A stretch of DNA of 64,000 nt from an uncultured Propionibacteriaceae bacterium. GTDB taxonomy: Bacteria; Actinomycetota; Actinomycetes; Propionibacteriales; Propionibacteriaceae. The stretch is taken from positions 7,807 through 71,806 of the forward strand of contig CADCUO010000076.1 of the NCBI GenBank assembly GCA_902805915.1. The letters are read 5' to 3'. Numbering within the stretch: position 1 is the stretch's first letter; the number at the start of each line of letters is the position of its first letter. The position numbers and the translations under genes were made by a program. Below the pieces are notes generated by a model. That model was given only the letters and a program-made list of their open reading frames with translations, ran no database searches and was not told the origin of the DNA. Of this stretch, positions 60,780 to 64,000 are shown in pieces.

Positions 60780-61331
60780 TCAGCTGTAGACGTGCTTGGA
60801 CAGTGTCCCGACTGAGGTGAGGTTGCGATAGCGCCCGTCGTAGTCAAGCCCGTACCCGACGACGAACTCGTTCGGTATATCGAAGCCGACGTACCCCACC
60901 TCGACGGCGTTCCGCGCCGCCTCAGGCTTGCGGAACATGGTCATGATCCCCAGGCTGGCAGGGTTTCTCGACAACAAGTTGCTGATCAGGTACGACAGCG
61001 TGAGGCCGGTGTCGATGATGTCCTCGACCACCAGCACGTGGCGACCGCTGATGTCGGTGGTGAGGTCCTTCAGTATTCGGACCACACCTGAGGACTGGGT
61101 GCCCGAGCCGTAGGAGGAGATAGCCATCCAGTCCATCTGGACATGGCTTTTCATTGCTCGGGAGAGGTCAGCCATCACCATCACGGCTCCGTTAAGGACG
61201 CCGACCAGCAGCAGTTCCTTGCCCGCGTAGTCGGCGTCGATCTGGGCGGCCAGCTCGGCCAGCCGGGCCGCTACCTCGTCTGCGCTGTAGAGCACCCGGT
61301 CCAGGTCACCGGTGATATCTCTGTCGTCCAC
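60780..61331 (-). CDS. hpt: Hypoxanthine phosphoribosyltransferase
   Basis: VLVVEDIIDTGLTL, FVVGYGLDY; start trimmed to GTG 61331. Confidence 0.96.
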   Translation of the reverse strand: MDDRDITGDLDRVLYSADEVAARLAELAAQIDADYAGKELLLVGVLNGAVMVMADLSRAMKSHVQMDWMAISSYGSGTQSSGVVRILKDLTTDISGRHVLVVEDIIDTGLTLSYLISNLLSRNPASLGIMTMFRKPEAARNAVEVGYVGFDIPNEFVVGYGLDYDGRYRNLTSVGTLSKHVYS

Positions 61332-61383
61332 GGGGGTCAGCCTGCCATACCGATTCCTGGCAGCCGCACCGCAGGCGCGGGCG

Positions 61384-62364
61384 TCACTGGAGGCGGAGGC
61401 GCCCCTTACTGCGTACCACGGTGCCACCCGGAACGGCGATGCCGTGCTGCCCGTGCCAGTCCAGGACCAGCCCCTCGATTGCGAGTACGTGGCCGTAGCT
61501 GGGTTCGGTCGCTCCCCTGGCTACCAGCCAGCGACGCAGGGCCCGTCGCCGCAGCGCTGCCGGCAGGGTCGACAAGACGGCACAGTCGGCCGTCTCGGAT
61601 TCGGGGTGCGCCTGCCGGGCGAGGTCGTCGAGCAGGTCGGCGTCGTCGCGGGCCAGCTCAGCGGTTCGTGCCAGCGCGGCGGCGATGCCAGGTCCCAGCT
61701 CCTGCTCGAGTACGGGCAGCACCCGGTGCCGGACCCGCACCCTGGCGTACGAGGGGTCACTGTTGTGGGGGTCCTGCCACGGCTCGACCCCGATCTCACG
61801 GCACGCCCGTGCGGTGACGGCCCGCGGCAGCTGCAGCAGCGGACGCAGGTACCGCCCGGTCCGCGCGCTCATCCCCGCCAACGACCGGGTGCCCGAGCCA
61901 CGGGCCAGCCCGAGCAGCACTGTTTCCGCCTGGTCGTCCAAGGTGTGTCCGAGCAGGACGGTCGCGTCCCGCCGCTCCGCCTCCCGGGACAAGGCCGCAT
62001 AGCGGACGTCGCGGGCTGCGGCCTCCATGCCTCGACCGTTGCCCGGATCCACGTCTACGCGTACGGCGAGGGCATCGGGGAAGCCCAGAGCGGTGAGCCG
62101 GGAGACCACCGTGGCCGTGACCCGGGCGGAGTTGGCTGACAAGGCGTGGTCCACCACCACCGCCGACAGTGCCAGCTGGTGGCGGCGCGCCAGCCGCTCA
62201 GCGGCGAAGGCGAGCGCGAGGGAGTCAGCACCCCCCGAGCAGGCCACCAGCACAGCCGGTTGCCCACCGACTCCCGGACCCGCTCGCCTCGAAGCAGCCC
62301 ACGCGGCCTCGACAGCCTGAACCACGGCCAGCGTGGCCGCGCCCAGCTCACGCCGCGCCATCAC
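61384..62364 (-). CDS. tilS: tRNA(Ile)-lysidine synthetase
   Basis: CSGGADS PP-loop, EAAAR..RY, GHTLDDQAET, DPHN. Confidence 0.96.
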   Translation of the reverse strand: MMARRELGAATLAVVQAVEAAWAASRRAGPGVGGQPAVLVACSGGADSLALAFAAERLARRHQLALSAVVVDHALSANSARVTATVVSRLTALGFPDALAVRVDVDPGNGRGMEAAARDVRYAALSREAERRDATVLLGHTLDDQAETVLLGLARGSGTRSLAGMSARTGRYLRPLLQLPRAVTARACREIGVEPWQDPHNSDPSYARVRVRHRVLPVLEQELGPGIAAALARTAELARDDADLLDDLARQAHPESETADCAVLSTLPAALRRRALRRWLVARGATEPSYGHVLAIEGLVLDWHGQHGIAVPGGTVVRSKGRLRLQ

Positions 62365-62389
62365 ACACTCGGGTCAGAGCTCTGATCGG

Positions 62390-63496
62390 TCAGAGGTCTG
62401 GGGCACCGAGGGGAGTGACCGGCTCAGCATGCACCCGCGCGACCCAGCCGTCGGGATCTGCGATCTCAGCCTTGCTCGGCAGCGTCTCCGGTGAGGTCCA
62501 CACCTTGTTCAGACCCTCCATGCCGACGAGGGAGATCACCTGGCGGCAGAAAGCCGCACCGTCTCGGTACTGCCGCATTTTCGCATCCAAGCCAAGCAGC
62601 CGGCGGATGACCTTGTCGAAGCCCTGACCCTGCCGGCGAATGTTGAACTTCGCCCGGATCTCGGCGATAGAGCTGATCACATCCGGTCCCACACCGTCCA
62701 TCACCACATCGGCGTGGCCCTCCAGCAGCGACATCACAGCCGTGATCTTGTCGATCGTCTCCCGCTGGGCTGGTGTCTGCACCAGATCGACGATGCTGAT
62801 CTCGGTGCCGGTGCGTAGCGACTCCACAATCCTCGCCACCGCGTTCCGGATCATGCCGGCGAGGGCGGAGCTGTCGAGCTCGGCCGAGTCGATGATCTGC
62901 GCGATCTGGCCGTTCATATAGTCGCGGAGCCACGGCACCGCTGTGAACTGCACCCGGTGGGTCTCCTCGTGCAGGCAGACCCAGAGCCGGAAGTCGTGGG
63001 GCGGGATGGCAAGCTCCCGCTCCACCGAGACGATGTTGGGCGCGACCAGCAGCAACCGGCCACCCGGTTCGCCCGGTGCGCCGGGGAAGAAGGGGTCGAA
63101 CTGTCCCAGCACCTTGGGGGCCATGTAACTCAGCAGGGCACCCACCTCGAAGCCGGTAAGCCGTGCACCCACCCCTTCCAGCGGGGAGTCCTGCAGCTTC
63201 TTGGCCGCTTTGGTGGTCAGCGGCAGCAGGATCTGCCGAAAGCCGTCGACGTTGGCCTGGATCCAGCCAGGCCGGTCCACCACCAGCACGGGCACCGTGC
63301 CGCTCTCGGTCTGCAGCCCGGTCACGTCGCGTACATACGCCCCGGCCCGGTCGGCGCACTCGCGCAGCGAGGCGACCGCATCGGCCGCCCCCTCCCGGGA
63401 GATGTCGGGGCCAGGCTTGACCAGCTTGCGGGCGGTGTTCAACGCCAGCGTCCAGTCGACCGTCGTAGGACCCGCGGGATTGTTGGCTGCGCTCAT
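62390..63496 (-). CDS. Zincin-like metalloprotease (DUF2342-type)
   Basis: LHEETHRVQF, MSLLEGHAD, KMRQY..G; -10 TAGAGT before ATG 63496. Confidence 0.88.
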   Translation of the reverse strand: MSAANNPAGPTTVDWTLALNTARKLVKPGPDISREGAADAVASLRECADRAGAYVRDVTGLQTESGTVPVLVVDRPGWIQANVDGFRQILLPLTTKAAKKLQDSPLEGVGARLTGFEVGALLSYMAPKVLGQFDPFFPGAPGEPGGRLLLVAPNIVSVERELAIPPHDFRLWVCLHEETHRVQFTAVPWLRDYMNGQIAQIIDSAELDSSALAGMIRNAVARIVESLRTGTEISIVDLVQTPAQRETIDKITAVMSLLEGHADVVMDGVGPDVISSIAEIRAKFNIRRQGQGFDKVIRRLLGLDAKMRQYRDGAAFCRQVISLVGMEGLNKVWTSPETLPSKAEIADPDGWVARVHAEPVTPLGAPDL

Positions 63497-63593
63497 GGTG
63501 GTGACTCTATGCGCCGATTCCTGGCCAGGCCATGAGTGATGTCCATTAGCCACCCCCGAGTGGTCACCCCTGGGCTGTGGCGCGGGCGGCAGC

Positions 63594-64000
63594 TCACCGG
63601 CAGCCGCAGCTGCTGAGGGCACCGCCCAGGCGGTCCAGCAAGAGGATCGCGGCATAGCCGTTCGCCGCGTCGTTAATCAGAAACGCGAATACCATCAACG
63701 AGCCGTCTCTTGCCCGGACCACCCCTGCCAGGCTGTGCACGCCCGTCAGTGTTCCGGTCTTGGCGTGGAGAACTCCGATCCCGGCTGCGCTGGCAGAATC
63801 GTGGAACCTGGTCCGCAGGCTGCCTTCCACCCCGGCAACCGGCAGCCCGGTGACAACCGGCCGCAGCTGGGGTCGCTTTGGTCCTGCCGCCAGCCGGAGC
63901 ACCTTTACCAGCGTGTCGGCGTGCACCCGGGTGCTCCGGGACAAGCCGCTGCCGTCGTGGATGGAGGTGGCGGCGTGCCAGACGCCCAGCGTGCGCAGGG
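63594..64000 (-). CDS. dacB: D-alanyl-D-alanine carboxypeptidase/endopeptidase, C-terminal part (truncated by window edge)
   Basis: DGSGLSR, LPVAG..GSL..RF, AKTGTL; conserved position before DUF2342-tilS-hpt-ftsH. Confidence 0.9.
   Translation of the reverse strand, partial: LRTLGVWHAATSIHDGSGLSRSTRVHADTLVKVLRLAAGPKRPQLRPVVTGLPVAGVEGSLRTRFHDSASAAGIGVLHAKTGTLTGVHSLAGVVRARDGSLMVFAFLINDAANGYAAILLLDRLGGALSSCGCR

Overview
GC-rich actinobacterial chromosome segment; gene content and order suggest Propionibacteriales (Microlunatus-like; inference). It is almost all core genome: ppk1 (3' end)-mutT1-pstSCAB, a DUF2510 protein, a GH3 lipoprotein, bioY, mycothione reductase, a VOC / cysteine dioxygenase / rhodanese group, the rex-hemACDBL-phosphatase-resA-ccdA-resB-ccsB haem and cytochrome c biogenesis operon, the glutaredoxin-serB1-acyltransferase-epimerase-bS22-HTH-acuC-proC block with inserted sugar enzymes, asd, proline dehydrogenase, radA-disA, mutY, clpC-lsr2 and dacB-tilS-hpt-ftsH-folEPBK. 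I see no transposase, prophage, rRNA, tRNA or CRISPR array. The most interesting signals: (1) an orphan NuoD-fold protein that has lost its quinone-binding His and Tyr, directly downstream of an NDUFAF7/MidA-type arginine methyltransferase and keeping the HRG target Arg; (2) an RxHVDLxRxSxxxC leader-peptide motif fused in frame to cysteine dioxygenase; (3) a 7 x 16-bp tandem array covering the mutY promoter; (4) unannotated 9-23 aa mini-ORFs bridging stop and start codons inside operons; (5) an 89-bp inverted-repeat element upstream of radA and repeated duplications of gene 3' ends. All calls come from motif recognition by eye; no database search was run.
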